This document shows, piece after piece, positions 1-10,023 of a stretch of 64,000 bases of DNA. The stretch is from IMG/VR virus record IMGVR_UViG_3300044568_002423; one strand, written 5' to 3'. The DNA comes from a virus. Position numbers and translations under genes: made by a program. The stretch's first letter is position 1. Each line of letters begins with the position of its first letter. Under the pieces are notes generated by a model. The model saw only the letters and a list, made by a program, of their open reading frames with translations. It did no database searches and was not told the DNA's origin.

Positions 1-304
1 GTTCAAATAATGTCCCACCAGCACCCATTCCAGATCTTGAACCAATTGCACGTCGAAATATACTTTGAACTTCGATAACTTCATCTGGTAATTTATACTC
101 ATTTTGGTCTTGTATCAATTCCAAAAATATATAACTTTCTTCGACGGCGTTTGGACTACGCTGTCTATAACGTGTTAGTGCTCTATCCAATGCTGTTTCG
201 TAATGGATAGGATCCAAATCTATATCTATCATGCCGTCGCCAAGCATGGCTCTAGTGTATTCAAATACTTTATTTCGTTCTATCAATGATGTGCTTTCAG
301 ACAT
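1..304 (-). CDS. gp13: Neck protein, T4 gp13-like (5' part; runs off the window)
   Basis: Not in the ORF track. Manual translation from ATG at 304 gives MSESTSLIERNKVFEYTRAMLGDGMIDIDLDPIHYETALDRALTRYRQRSPNAVEESYIFLELIQDQNEYKLPDEVIEVQSIFRR, matching the gp13 N-terminal pattern (LG...IDIDL...ALD.AL..Y). GGAG SD and a late promoter lie upstream. Confidence 0.8.
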   Translation of the reverse strand, partial: MSESTSLIERNKVFEYTRAMLGDGMIDIDLDPIHYETALDRALTRYRQRSPNAVEESYIFLELIQDQNEYKLPDEVIEVQSIFRRAIGSRSGMGAGGTLFE

Positions 305-319
305 ATTAGTTCTCCAACT

Positions 320-341
320 ATATTTATCCTACGATAAATAT
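320..341. promoter_or_regulatory. Back-to-back late-type promoters (GATAAATA on each strand) driving the divergent gp13 and gp14 genes
   Basis: ATATTTATC-ctac-GATAAATAT inverted repeat; a variant of the T4 late promoter TATAAATA. Confidence 0.7.
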
Positions 342-364
342 GATAACACTATAGGAATTAACAA

Positions 365-1744
365 ATGCCCAGATTAAGTCTCTACAAGCCAGAGAAAGGA
401 AATAATTACCGATTTATTGATCGTCAAATATCCCAAATGTTTCAAGTTGGAGGCACTGATGTGTTTGTACATAAATTTCTTGGGCCAAAAATTCAAGGTG
501 AAGGCACAGCTGATCAACCAGTTTATGACGCCGTTCGAGAAACAAATATTCAGGATTTGTTGTTTTTAGAAAATCGTGATCGCAAATACGAACCAGAAAT
601 TTACAGAATTAGGGGCATTTATAATGTTCAAAATGTTGATTTCAATCTAAGTCAATTTGGGTTGTTTATAGACAACGACACAGTATACATGACTGTACAT
701 ATCAATGACTTTATAAAATTCCTTGGGAGAAAACCACTTAGTGGGGACGTGATGGAAATGCCTCACTTGAGAGATGACTTCGCGTTAAATGATTATGATG
801 TTAGTTTACCTAGATATTACGTAATAGAAGATGTTGGTCGTGCTAGTGAGGGATTTAGTGCTACATGGTATCCGCATCTATATAGATTAAAATTGCATAA
901 AATAACAGACAATCAACAATTTTCTGACATTCTTGATCAACCAGCTGGTGAAACAACCGATTTGACATTACGTGAATTATTAAGTACTCGTACTAAAGAG
1001 TTGGAAATTAATGATGCGATATTAAATCAAGCAGAAGCAGATGCTCCAATGAGTGGATATGAAACTAGACAATTCTACACATTAGCCGTTGACCCAACTA
1101 CTGGGAAGCCACTATTAAACACAGCAGATATGGACATTGATAGCAGTTCTACGCTACTGGTTAGTGAAAATAATCAAAGGCCAGTAAGAACTGGCTATAC
1201 GGGATACCTAGTAGGTGATGGGTACCCGGTAAATGGGTACGATTTTGGACATGGTATTCAATTTCCAGAAGGAGCAACTGAGAATGATTTCTTCCTGAGA
1301 ACTGATTTCATGCCAAATAGATTGTTTCGATTCGAAGGCACTCGATGGATTAAAATAGAAGATGCCGTTCGAATGAATATGACAAATAATGATACAAGAC
1401 AGACACAAAAAACCAGTTTCATCAATAATGATTATTTTACATACGTTGACCAACTCAATGTTGATTTTATCACATTAGAGGAAGGGGTATCTACAATTGA
1501 TACTAATATGCTATATGTAGATGCGCCATTTGTTGTATTGAAAATTGATACATTGAAGTTTGATTATGCTACTGCCGATTACCCAACCTTATTAGAACTA
1601 TATGATACTGATAAACTTAGAATTAATCTACCAGATGATCAAACTATACCAATCACTGGGCAGTGGATGATTGGTTTATATAATCATAGAGAAGCACAAC
1701 GACAAAGTCTCTCTAAAGCACTAAAACCAAAGGCGGATCTATAA
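365..1744 (+). CDS. gp14: Neck/head-completion protein, T4 gp14-like, with C-terminal extension
   Basis: DLLFLENRDRKY...LSQFGLFIDND...GDVMEMPHL...YYVIEDV pattern typical of gp14 homologues; located between gp13 and gp15. Confidence 0.7.
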   Translation: MPRLSLYKPEKGNNYRFIDRQISQMFQVGGTDVFVHKFLGPKIQGEGTADQPVYDAVRETNIQDLLFLENRDRKYEPEIYRIRGIYNVQNVDFNLSQFGLFIDNDTVYMTVHINDFIKFLGRKPLSGDVMEMPHLRDDFALNDYDVSLPRYYVIEDVGRASEGFSATWYPHLYRLKLHKITDNQQFSDILDQPAGETTDLTLRELLSTRTKELEINDAILNQAEADAPMSGYETRQFYTLAVDPTTGKPLLNTADMDIDSSSTLLVSENNQRPVRTGYTGYLVGDGYPVNGYDFGHGIQFPEGATENDFFLRTDFMPNRLFRFEGTRWIKIEDAVRMNMTNNDTRQTQKTSFINNDYFTYVDQLNVDFITLEEGVSTIDTNMLYVDAPFVVLKIDTLKFDYATADYPTLLELYDTDKLRINLPDDQTIPITGQWMIGLYNHREAQRQSLSKALKPKADL

Positions 1745-3237
1745 TGCAGCATTTTTACGATGGGCAGATAAGAAGATATCTGACACAAACGATACGAGTG
1801 TTTAGCAACTTTGTTGTAAAATATGGTGATGGGACATTACATAGAGTACCGGTTCTCTACGGCGATGCTGATAGACAAGTTGCTAATATCATTAGACAGA
1901 ATTCTGAAAATAAACTGAGTTCGGTGCCACGTATAAGTGTGTATATAACAGGTTTATCAATGGATAAAGAAAGATTATCTGATGCCACTTATGTGGGTAA
2001 AGTTCATATACGTGAACGAGGCATCGATGGCAATGCTTACAATAATACACAAGGTAGAAATTATACAGTTGAACGTATAATGCCAACTCCATTCAAGTTA
2101 AGTATGAAGGTAGATATCTGGACAGCAAGTACTGATCAAAAATTGCAATTGATGGAACAGATTTTGGTATTGTTTAATCCAAATCTAGAATTACAAACAA
2201 ATGACAATTATGTTGATTGGACAAGTTTGACGTTATTAACACTAGGAGATATAAATTGGTCCAGTAAACAAGTTCCGGTTGGTGTCGATACTCCAATTGA
2301 TATTGGCACATTAACGTTAGAGACCCCTATTTGGCTAAGTCCACCGGCTAAAGTTAAACATCTTGGCGTTATCACAAAAGTAATTACCAGTGTATTTGGC
2401 GCTATCGATACCAGCCCGACTGGATACATCGACGGGTTAGGAGTTGACTTGGCAGATAGTGGTACTACCTCCTTTTCCGACTTATTGGCAACTGAAATTA
2501 CTACGATTACAAATTTCAACATTGAAGTATATAACAGTCAAGTAATATTATTAAATTCAAGTGAAAGTGTCATACCAAGAGAACCAACATTGGATATCGG
2601 CGTTCGGCAGGGAACGCCTGTCAACTGGCAGGAGGTATTGGACCAATACCCTGGACAATATACAGCTGGTTCTAGTAGGATATTTTTAACTCAACCAAAT
2701 GGCTACCAGATAGTTGGAACAGTAGCACTTGACCCAGTTGATAACACCATTCTGAGTGTAAGTTGGGATGTCGATTCATTATTACCCAATACCGGAATTG
2801 ATTCACAGGGAAGATTAGATACAGATGTCGATTATGATGCAGCAGCAAGTTATAGACCAGCAAGTCCTGGAACATTTGATGCGATCATTGATCCATTGAC
2901 CTACAACCCAAAAAGACCATTGAAGGAAGAAGATAATCAACCTATTCTAGTTGGTATTCGATATCTCATTATAGAAGATATTGGAAATATCGCTAATATG
3001 GATGGGGCAGATGCTTGGAAATCCTTGAGCAATGTTGATTTTATCGCACACGCAAATGATATAATAGAATGGAGTGGCACCGCCTGGCATGTAATTTTTG
3101 ATTCCATTCAAGAAACCGATACAATGATTTGGCAAACTAATATATACACTGGAGTACAATACTTATGGAATGGTGTTTCATGGGTTAAATCATTTGAAGG
3201 TGTATATAATAAAGGATCATGGCGACTGGAACTGTAG
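1744..3237 (+). CDS. gp15: Tail sheath stabiliser/terminator, T4 gp15-like, with C-terminal extension
   Basis: MQHFYDGQIRRY...FSNF...VPVLYG...PRIS...PTPFKL...QKLQLMEQILVLFNP is the gp15 signature. Confidence 0.85.
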   Translation: MQHFYDGQIRRYLTQTIRVFSNFVVKYGDGTLHRVPVLYGDADRQVANIIRQNSENKLSSVPRISVYITGLSMDKERLSDATYVGKVHIRERGIDGNAYNNTQGRNYTVERIMPTPFKLSMKVDIWTASTDQKLQLMEQILVLFNPNLELQTNDNYVDWTSLTLLTLGDINWSSKQVPVGVDTPIDIGTLTLETPIWLSPPAKVKHLGVITKVITSVFGAIDTSPTGYIDGLGVDLADSGTTSFSDLLATEITTITNFNIEVYNSQVILLNSSESVIPREPTLDIGVRQGTPVNWQEVLDQYPGQYTAGSSRIFLTQPNGYQIVGTVALDPVDNTILSVSWDVDSLLPNTGIDSQGRLDTDVDYDAAASYRPASPGTFDAIIDPLTYNPKRPLKEEDNQPILVGIRYLIIEDIGNIANMDGADAWKSLSNVDFIAHANDIIEWSGTAWHVIFDSIQETDTMIWQTNIYTGVQYLWNGVSWVKSFEGVYNKGSWRLEL

Positions 3238-3665
3238 ATAAAATAGTATGTAGTGGCGCGTTATTTTACGCAAAATCAACCAAGCGTTTTTTGTTATTAC
3301 AAAAAGCACAGGGCAAACATCAAGGAACATGGGGACTTGTCGGCGGTACTAATTTAATTGGTGAAAATCCATGGCAGGGATTACAACGAGAAGTTTTAGA
3401 AGAGGTTGGATGTACACCAGTCGTTGTAAAAACCATTCCATTAGAGACTTTTGTATCAAATGATACTGTGTTTAATTTTCACACATATTTGTGTGTTATC
3501 GAAGATGAATTTATACCAATTTTAAGTGAAGAACATTGTGGTTGGGCATGGTCTAATATAGATCATGCTCCAAAACCACTTCATCAAGGGCTACGCAATA
3601 GCTTTTCGAATAAGATTATTCGTACAAAAATTCAAACAATATTTGACATTATAGAATTAATCTAA
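3219..3665 (+). CDS. Nudix hydrolase
   Basis: Intact Nudix box G-TNLIG-E-NPWQGLQ-REVLEEVGC. Confidence 0.9.
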   Translation: MATGTVDKIVCSGALFYAKSTKRFLLLQKAQGKHQGTWGLVGGTNLIGENPWQGLQREVLEEVGCTPVVVKTIPLETFVSNDTVFNFHTYLCVIEDEFIPILSEEHCGWAWSNIDHAPKPLHQGLRNSFSNKIIRTKIQTIFDIIELI

Positions 3666-3695
3666 GTATTCAATCCAACCATGCCAATAAAGTTA

Positions 3696-5201
3696 TCATC
3701 GACCATTGAATATTTTCTCCATAAAATCATTGTTTGATAGCAATTCTTTCGATAACATTTTTTGTTCAAAATAATGGGATGAATGATTATGGTTAGCTTG
3801 TTGTAATTTATTGAACCAAATTAGATCTTTTTTTGCTATTGCTGGAGTTAAATTTTCAGTACCTGCCAATACATGAGACCAAAGTGTCCAATCTAAGCTA
3901 CCTAAATATTGGTCAAAATCAGAAAATCGAGGGGATCGAGTTTTACAAATTTCAAGAATGTCTCGTGTAAATTCCGTATGGACATTTTCTGAATTCATGT
4001 ATGTCCAAAAATCAGTATCAGTTCTTCCAGTACGATAATGAATAATAAGAAAATCTCTTATATTTTCAAAAACTTTTGATACTCGTTTATTATAGAATTT
4101 TTCCGCAGTTTCTGAATATGTATTATCGTATGTATCTCTTGCAAACTCATTAACAAAATACCATAATTGTATCAACGTAGCATGTATACTGGTAGCTTCC
4201 AATGGTTCAAGAAATGCGGAACTTAATCCTACTGCTAGACAATTCTTGTGCCAAAACTTTTCTAATCTTCCAGAATCAAATTTTATAACCTTCAATGGGT
4301 CTACTCCATGGCCAAGACTTTGCTCAATTTCAGCATGTGCCTGAGTATCAGTTATGTAACTATCACTATAAACATATCCAGCTCCATATCGATTTTTTAT
4401 TGGTATACGCCACATCCAACCATGTTGTTGAGCTAATGCTAATGTACTTGGTTCTATTATTTCATTTTCTTTATATTTAATATGAAATGGCATTGCTGAA
4501 TTAACTGGCAACTGCTTACCATAACTCTCCCATTTGATGCCTAGTTTTTTCACTAAAACTTGATTAAATCCACTTGCGTCGATAAAGAAATCTCCCGAAA
4601 GAGTAGTAGAATCTTCTAATACCATCGAGGCAATTTCACCGGTTTCAGTTAAATTAACATCTATTATTTCTTTATCTATATTGACAACATTTGCTTGTAG
4701 GCATATTTTTTTAAAATATTGTCCAACTAGACCTGCATCAAAATGATATGCGTGTAATCCTAAATTGTCAATTCCATTACTAAAAAAGGTAGATTTTTTT
4801 TCTTCTAACAGATACCCAAGTGGTGTTATGGTATGAGATGAACCATTGTAATCATTTAATAGTGAATATAAAAAATGATAATCAGGTATTTCGTTCGCTG
4901 AGTACGAACCATCAATAGGTTGAACATAATTAGATCCTGGTCTAACCCAATCTTGATACCTGATACCCAATTTAAGAGTGCTGTTAGTTTCTCGTAAAAA
5001 ATCAACAATATTACATCCAAAATCAGCTATTTGATTTGTTATAATACCATTTAGCAGTCCGGTACTACCTTCTCCAGCTCCAATAATTCCTATTTTACTA
5101 GAATCAACCACGGTAATGTTGTGTACATTAGGAACAATCTTTGAAAGAAACAATGCTGACAACCAGCCTGCAGTGCCTCCGCCTACAATTACTATATTCA
5201 T
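3696..5201 (-). CDS. Flavin-dependent tryptophan-halogenase-family protein (1 of 7)
   Basis: GGGTAGW, GAGEGST, TLKLGI (catalytic Lys position), FIDASG, WMWRIP, FLEPLEATSIH. Confidence 0.9.
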   Translation of the reverse strand: MNIVIVGGGTAGWLSALFLSKIVPNVHNITVVDSSKIGIIGAGEGSTGLLNGIITNQIADFGCNIVDFLRETNSTLKLGIRYQDWVRPGSNYVQPIDGSYSANEIPDYHFLYSLLNDYNGSSHTITPLGYLLEEKKSTFFSNGIDNLGLHAYHFDAGLVGQYFKKICLQANVVNIDKEIIDVNLTETGEIASMVLEDSTTLSGDFFIDASGFNQVLVKKLGIKWESYGKQLPVNSAMPFHIKYKENEIIEPSTLALAQQHGWMWRIPIKNRYGAGYVYSDSYITDTQAHAEIEQSLGHGVDPLKVIKFDSGRLEKFWHKNCLAVGLSSAFLEPLEATSIHATLIQLWYFVNEFARDTYDNTYSETAEKFYNKRVSKVFENIRDFLIIHYRTGRTDTDFWTYMNSENVHTEFTRDILEICKTRSPRFSDFDQYLGSLDWTLWSHVLAGTENLTPAIAKKDLIWFNKLQQANHNHSSHYFEQKMLSKELLSNNDFMEKIFNGR

Positions 5202-6727
5202 AAATTTTTCAAATATTCCTGATGTTTTCTGTTAATAATATTAATGAATTTTGTGTTATCTAATAATTCACTGAAGTTTTGTTTTAAATGTTCTTCCGTT
5301 TCATTAAATTTCTCCAAAGCCGATTGTTCCATATTGTAGAACTTTAGTTCTTTTTTTCCAACCTTAGCAGTCAAATTATGTGTTCCTGCTAATACGAAAC
5401 TCCATAAACCCCAACCAGACGAACCCCAAAAATTATGAAAATCCCTGGAACTCATACATCTTATTTTACTAACTTCTAATATACTTTTAACTCGGTCATT
5501 AAGTGTTGCTCCAGACGAGATATATTTCCAAAATTCAGAATCATTTCGCCCTCCTTGATAATGAGCAATTAAGAAATCTCTAAATGAATCAAACATTGTA
5601 TTACATCTATCATTAAATAAATATTCATTTCCTGAATTACAAGTTTCCTCAACCGTATCTTTGAGAAAATCAAATACCAACCAGTATAACATCACAATTG
5701 TACTATGAATAGACGTTGCTTCAAGTGGTTCAGCAAAGGCAGATGACAATCCAATTGACACACAATTTTTAGTCCAACATTTTTCCAATCGACCGGTATC
5801 AAACTTTAAAATACGAATGGGATCTATATCATGACCCAAATCTTCCTCGATGTCCCGTTGTGCTTGTTCAGGAGTAACAAAGTCATCACAAAATACATAC
5901 CCACTTCCATATCGACTACTAGTAGGAATCTTCCACATCCAACCATTTTTTTGCGCCCTTGCAATTGTAACTGGACTGATTTCTTCTCCTTTTGAATATG
6001 GTAATATAAATGGCATCGCTGAATTTACTGGCAAATTCTTGCTATAACTAATCCATTTGGAATCTAACTTTTTGTTTAATATTTTAGAAAATCCACTAGC
6101 ATCAATGAATAGGTCTCCAGTTATTTCCTGATCGATATCAAGTTTAAGTGATTTAATAAATCCGTTTTCTTTCAATACTACATCGTGTACTTTGGCATCT
6201 ATACACGTAACCCCCGATGCAAGTGATATTTTTTTAAAATATTTACCTACCAGGTTGGCATCAAAATGATATCCATGTGCTTTCACTGATCTCGTTAAAT
6301 CTGGCACGTAAGAGCTTTTATTGTTTTTAATCAAGAATCCGGTAGAAGAGCATCTGTGTATTTCTGACAGTGGCAAGTTTGACAATGCGTGTAAAAATGA
6401 ATGGTCAATTTCTTGATCCCATGTCATAGAACCAGAGATAGGACCTATATATGATTCGTTGATATCTGAACTCCATCCTTGATGGTTAATTCCATACTTG
6501 AATGTCGCTCCGGTTTCTATAAGAAACTCTTTTTCATTACACCCAAAATTAAATATTCGATTATTGATAATATCAGATAAAAATCCAGTACTTCCTTCTC
6601 CTGACCCAATAACTCCAATATCACTACTTTCGATCAATGTCACATTATGGCTGCCTGCTTGCACTTTTGAAATAAACAATGCTGCCAACCATCCGGCGGT
6701 TCCGCCGCCTACAATTACTATATTCAT
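5198..6727 (-). CDS. Flavin-dependent tryptophan-halogenase-family protein (2 of 7)
   Basis: GGGTAGW, ATFKYGI, WMWKIP, FAEPLEATSIH. Confidence 0.9.
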   Translation of the reverse strand: MNIVIVGGGTAGWLAALFISKVQAGSHNVTLIESSDIGVIGSGEGSTGFLSDIINNRIFNFGCNEKEFLIETGATFKYGINHQGWSSDINESYIGPISGSMTWDQEIDHSFLHALSNLPLSEIHRCSSTGFLIKNNKSSYVPDLTRSVKAHGYHFDANLVGKYFKKISLASGVTCIDAKVHDVVLKENGFIKSLKLDIDQEITGDLFIDASGFSKILNKKLDSKWISYSKNLPVNSAMPFILPYSKGEEISPVTIARAQKNGWMWKIPTSSRYGSGYVFCDDFVTPEQAQRDIEEDLGHDIDPIRILKFDTGRLEKCWTKNCVSIGLSSAFAEPLEATSIHSTIVMLYWLVFDFLKDTVEETCNSGNEYLFNDRCNTMFDSFRDFLIAHYQGGRNDSEFWKYISSGATLNDRVKSILEVSKIRCMSSRDFHNFWGSSGWGLWSFVLAGTHNLTAKVGKKELKFYNMEQSALEKFNETEEHLKQNFSELLDNTKFINIINRKHQEYLKNL

Positions 6728-6728
6728 A

Positions 6729-8222
6729 TTATTTTTTAAAGTTTAAAAATTCATCATGTGTCATAAAAGTTATTTGCATTTCTTTTTTAATATGTTCAGC
6801 ATTATTAAATGATTGCTCAGCCATGGTGTAGTAATTATTATCTACTAGCCATTTCTTAATTGCTTCAGAATTAAATAAGCCCAAACCTTTTGTAATGCGA
6901 GTATATGATGCAAGACCAAATATACACGGTGCAATTCTTCTATCCCAATTATCGTATATGTCAACGCTAGTGATTAAACTAAAATTACACTTTTCTAAAT
7001 AATCATCTAACCATGGCGCTTTTATATGTTTAAATTTCTTCCAAAATTTCGTATCTTCACGTTTGGTATGATAATGCAATTGAATAACTTCATAACATTG
7101 TTCATACATACGGCTCATCAATCCATTGTATTTTTTCCTTGCCCATTCGGTTTGATGTAAATTCCAAAGAGAAGTCCATAATCTCAATTGGTTTAAAATC
7201 ATGTGTATATTTGTTGCCTCTAATGGCTCGACGAATCCAGACGCTAATCCAATTGCTATACAATTGCCAGTCCATGATTGGTCAAAATATCCAGATACAA
7301 ATTTAAAAGGGGTGTCTGACACTTTAATATCATATCCAAATTCATTTTTTAAATATTTTTCAAATTCATCAATTGCTTCTTCTTCTGTTGCACATAGTGA
7401 TGAGTATACATATCCTAACCCATATCGATCCTTCAAAGGAATTTTCCAAAACCATCCAGCATTAGCAGCAACCGATTCAGTATATGGTGGTACATTTGTA
7501 TTATTGTGCGGAACTTGAATTGTATAAGCTGTATCGGTAAGAATTGATCCTCGTTTATCAATAAATTCACACCCTAATTTAGGCAGTAAAAATGAATTTT
7601 GCCCAGAAGCATCTATAAAAAAATCTGCTGTTATTTTTCCAACATTTTTTCCAATTATATATTCAATAGTAGTATCCGTAATTACCACATCTACTATTAT
7701 ATCATCTATTACAGTTACAGATGAAGAAAATTTGTCACAGATAAATTTACTAAACAATGTTCCATCAATGTGCAATGCGACAACAGAGTTTATTTCCCCA
7801 TTACCATCAGTTGGTACCAGGTTGTTTTCGCATAATGATGGATGATATGTTTCCGCACCAGTGTTTAAATTATTTGCTATTTCATATCCGGCAATGATAT
7901 TAGGATCTAATATCATATCGGGAATATCACCAAATGAGTTAAAATTATGATAATAATGTTCATTATCACCATTCCAATTTTCAAACTTAATTCCCAGTTT
8001 AATTGTTGCACCAATATTATCTATTAGTTCCCTGATAGATATATCAACAACTCGCAAGTAATCAATGATGGCCGGAGTGGTACTTTCACCAACTCCTATT
8101 ACTGGATGGGCATGATCATATACTATAGTGATTTCAACTTGTTCTTTATAAAGTGTCTTGATATAACTGGCAGCAATCCACCCTGCGGTGCCACCGCCAA
8201 TTACACATATTTTTGTTGTCAT
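6729..8222 (-). CDS. Flavin-dependent tryptophan-halogenase-family protein (3 of 7)
   Basis: GGGTAGW, GVGESTTP, ATIKLGIKF, WFWKIP, FVEPLEATNIH. Confidence 0.9.
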   Translation of the reverse strand: MTTKICVIGGGTAGWIAASYIKTLYKEQVEITIVYDHAHPVIGVGESTTPAIIDYLRVVDISIRELIDNIGATIKLGIKFENWNGDNEHYYHNFNSFGDIPDMILDPNIIAGYEIANNLNTGAETYHPSLCENNLVPTDGNGEINSVVALHIDGTLFSKFICDKFSSSVTVIDDIIVDVVITDTTIEYIIGKNVGKITADFFIDASGQNSFLLPKLGCEFIDKRGSILTDTAYTIQVPHNNTNVPPYTESVAANAGWFWKIPLKDRYGLGYVYSSLCATEEEAIDEFEKYLKNEFGYDIKVSDTPFKFVSGYFDQSWTGNCIAIGLASGFVEPLEATNIHMILNQLRLWTSLWNLHQTEWARKKYNGLMSRMYEQCYEVIQLHYHTKREDTKFWKKFKHIKAPWLDDYLEKCNFSLITSVDIYDNWDRRIAPCIFGLASYTRITKGLGLFNSEAIKKWLVDNNYYTMAEQSFNNAEHIKKEMQITFMTHDEFLNFKK

Positions 8223-8244
8223 ATTGACTCTATTTGATTTATTG

Positions 8245-8541
8245 TTAAGAAACTAATACGTTTGGAACTTTAAACGGATCATCTGGATTTACAATATATT
8301 CTTCCGCAGTAATTCGTTGGTCTGCCAAAGGTTCATCGCTCATTTCAATTAATTTTTCCCTATCGGTTAAAATTTCAGTTCCAAAATGCATTGCTTTTTT
8401 TATTTCAAGATCGCTCAATGCGGTCATTGCGGTGTCAATTCTATGCCTAAAGGCATTTTGTATCCAATCATCTGGATTTAAACAAATATGTTCCATCGCA
8501 CGAACTTCTGGGTCAGTCAGTGTTATTGTATATTCAGCCAT
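8245..8541 (-). CDS. Small helical protein, paralogue of the upstream gene; possible fibre-tip chaperone/accessory
   Basis: Shares YT.T.TD.E..A......P..W.......R...AM..L...E.KKA with 8541..8888; translationally coupled to it. Confidence 0.5.
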   Translation of the reverse strand: MAEYTITLTDPEVRAMEHICLNPDDWIQNAFRHRIDTAMTALSDLEIKKAMHFGTEILTDREKLIEMSDEPLADQRITAEEYIVNPDDPFKVPNVLVS

Positions 8542-8888
8542 TATAAACCTCCGCCTAAAAATGTTCTAGGAGTATCTGCTACTACTTCCGGGGTAGTAAG
8601 TTGCGCCATAACTGCTGGATCTAATGTCATTTCTTCTTGTTGTTTAGTATGCTTTTCCATCGAGGTTAATTCACTACTTGCTAATACGACCTCTTCTATA
8701 TTTGAACTAATAGAAGATATCTCTGGGTCGGCCAAGGCTTTTTTAAGTTCAATGCTATATAATTCCTTCATAGCACACGCAGCTCTATGTTTCACTAAAG
8801 TTGCTAACCAAATTTGTGGATCTAATTCTACCCACCTTAATGCTTTTTCTTCTAAATCTGTTGTTGTAACTGTATAAGTTTGAGGCAT
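8541..8888 (-). CDS. Small helical protein; possible fibre-tip chaperone/accessory (start revised to 8888)
   Basis: AGGAGA SD precedes the ATG at 8888 (MPQTYTV...); paralogue of 8245..8541. Confidence 0.5.
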   Translation of the reverse strand: MPQTYTVTTTDLEEKALRWVELDPQIWLATLVKHRAACAMKELYSIELKKALADPEISSISSNIEEVVLASSELTSMEKHTKQQEEMTLDPAVMAQLTTPEVVADTPRTFLGGGL

Positions 8889-8899
8889 AATTTCTCCTG

Positions 8900-9433
8900 T
8901 TATCCTAATAATTGATAAGTTGCGACACACCATCCGCCTGAATATAATCGTCCGCCATCATGACCAAACCATAAATAATCACCAGCACTACAATTTATTA
9001 CCCCAATCCAGTGTGTAGTAGCATAATTTAAGTTTGCTGATCCGACCATATGTCCACCATTACTTATAAAAGTTCCGTTTCTATAACCATAATAATGATC
9101 ATTAGGATTGGCATATGCGTTTCCACAATGTAAAACATTCATGCTCATTCTGTAATTTCCAGGAACTGGGCAGACAAAATAATATTGATTAAAGTTATAG
9201 TGATTTCCCTCTCCGCCATAATCAGTATCAAATGGTAGTTTACCACCTGCCCACACTATTTGATTGCCAGCTCCGCCCGATAATGCGTACACGCATCTCC
9301 AAACTGGTTGTGTCTTTTCCAACATTCCAGATGCGTTATCGACGTTGGCTTTTACCGTACTGCCATCTGTTCCAATAATACCAAAATTAGTATCGGTTCT
9401 AATTCCCATTCCACTACTAAAATAAATTGTCAT
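8900..9433 (-). CDS. C1q/TNF-like domain protein (fibre tip paralogue C)
   Basis: LPFD...YNFNQYYFVCPVPGNYRMS...CSAGDYLW matches the C1q F.(A/C)P..G.Y and L..GD pattern. Confidence 0.7.
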   Translation of the reverse strand: MTIYFSSGMGIRTDTNFGIIGTDGSTVKANVDNASGMLEKTQPVWRCVYALSGGAGNQIVWAGGKLPFDTDYGGEGNHYNFNQYYFVCPVPGNYRMSMNVLHCGNAYANPNDHYYGYRNGTFISNGGHMVGSANLNYATTHWIGVINCSAGDYLWFGHDGGRLYSGGWCVATYQLLG

Positions 9434-10020
9434 TTAATAAAACTCGCCGTCATCGTAGTCCACCCATTATCTCCCCATACATTACCACCATTCCGACTAT
9501 ATACTTGGAGTTGGTCACCAGCACTTAAGTTAATTATCATTTCCCAGGCTTGAGTCAGATAGGAAATTTCAGAACTTACTACATGTATTCCCTCATACCA
9601 ACTGCCACCATTTAACAGTCCAGTAACTATGGCATTACCGCCCATTAAAGCACAACAACTCCATCTATATGTTCCCGTAACCGGGGCAGTAAAACACAAT
9701 TGACTAGCTCTTGTACCAACATTTGTTCTTACATCTATCGTTGGCAAACTACCATAAGTCTTGGTGGTAGGAATTGGATTTTGATTACCGGTGGCGCCAC
9801 CTTCAGTTTTTCTCAAAACTATCGCGGGAGAGCCATACACATTTGTAACAATACCATAATCATCAAATCTCATATGTTCAACATTTGATGCAGTCGAATC
9901 ATAGAATCCTATATTTGAAGTGCTCGCACCAGTAGTTATACTCGTGGTACCATTTTGATAATAGTTTGTAGCAGAGCTGCCCTTGATCCATCTATCACTA
10001 GTTGAAAAATTAATAGCCAT
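9430..10020 (-). CDS. C1q/TNF-like domain protein (fibre tip paralogue B)
   Basis: FTAPVTGTYRW...INLSAGDQLQV; fibre-type EHMRFD segment N-terminal to the domain. Confidence 0.7.
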   Translation of the reverse strand: MAINFSTSDRWIKGSSATNYYQNGTTSITTGASTSNIGFYDSTASNVEHMRFDDYGIVTNVYGSPAIVLRKTEGGATGNQNPIPTTKTYGSLPTIDVRTNVGTRASQLCFTAPVTGTYRWSCCALMGGNAIVTGLLNGGSWYEGIHVVSSEISYLTQAWEMIINLSAGDQLQVYSRNGGNVWGDNGWTTMTASFIK

Positions 10021-10023
10021 AAT

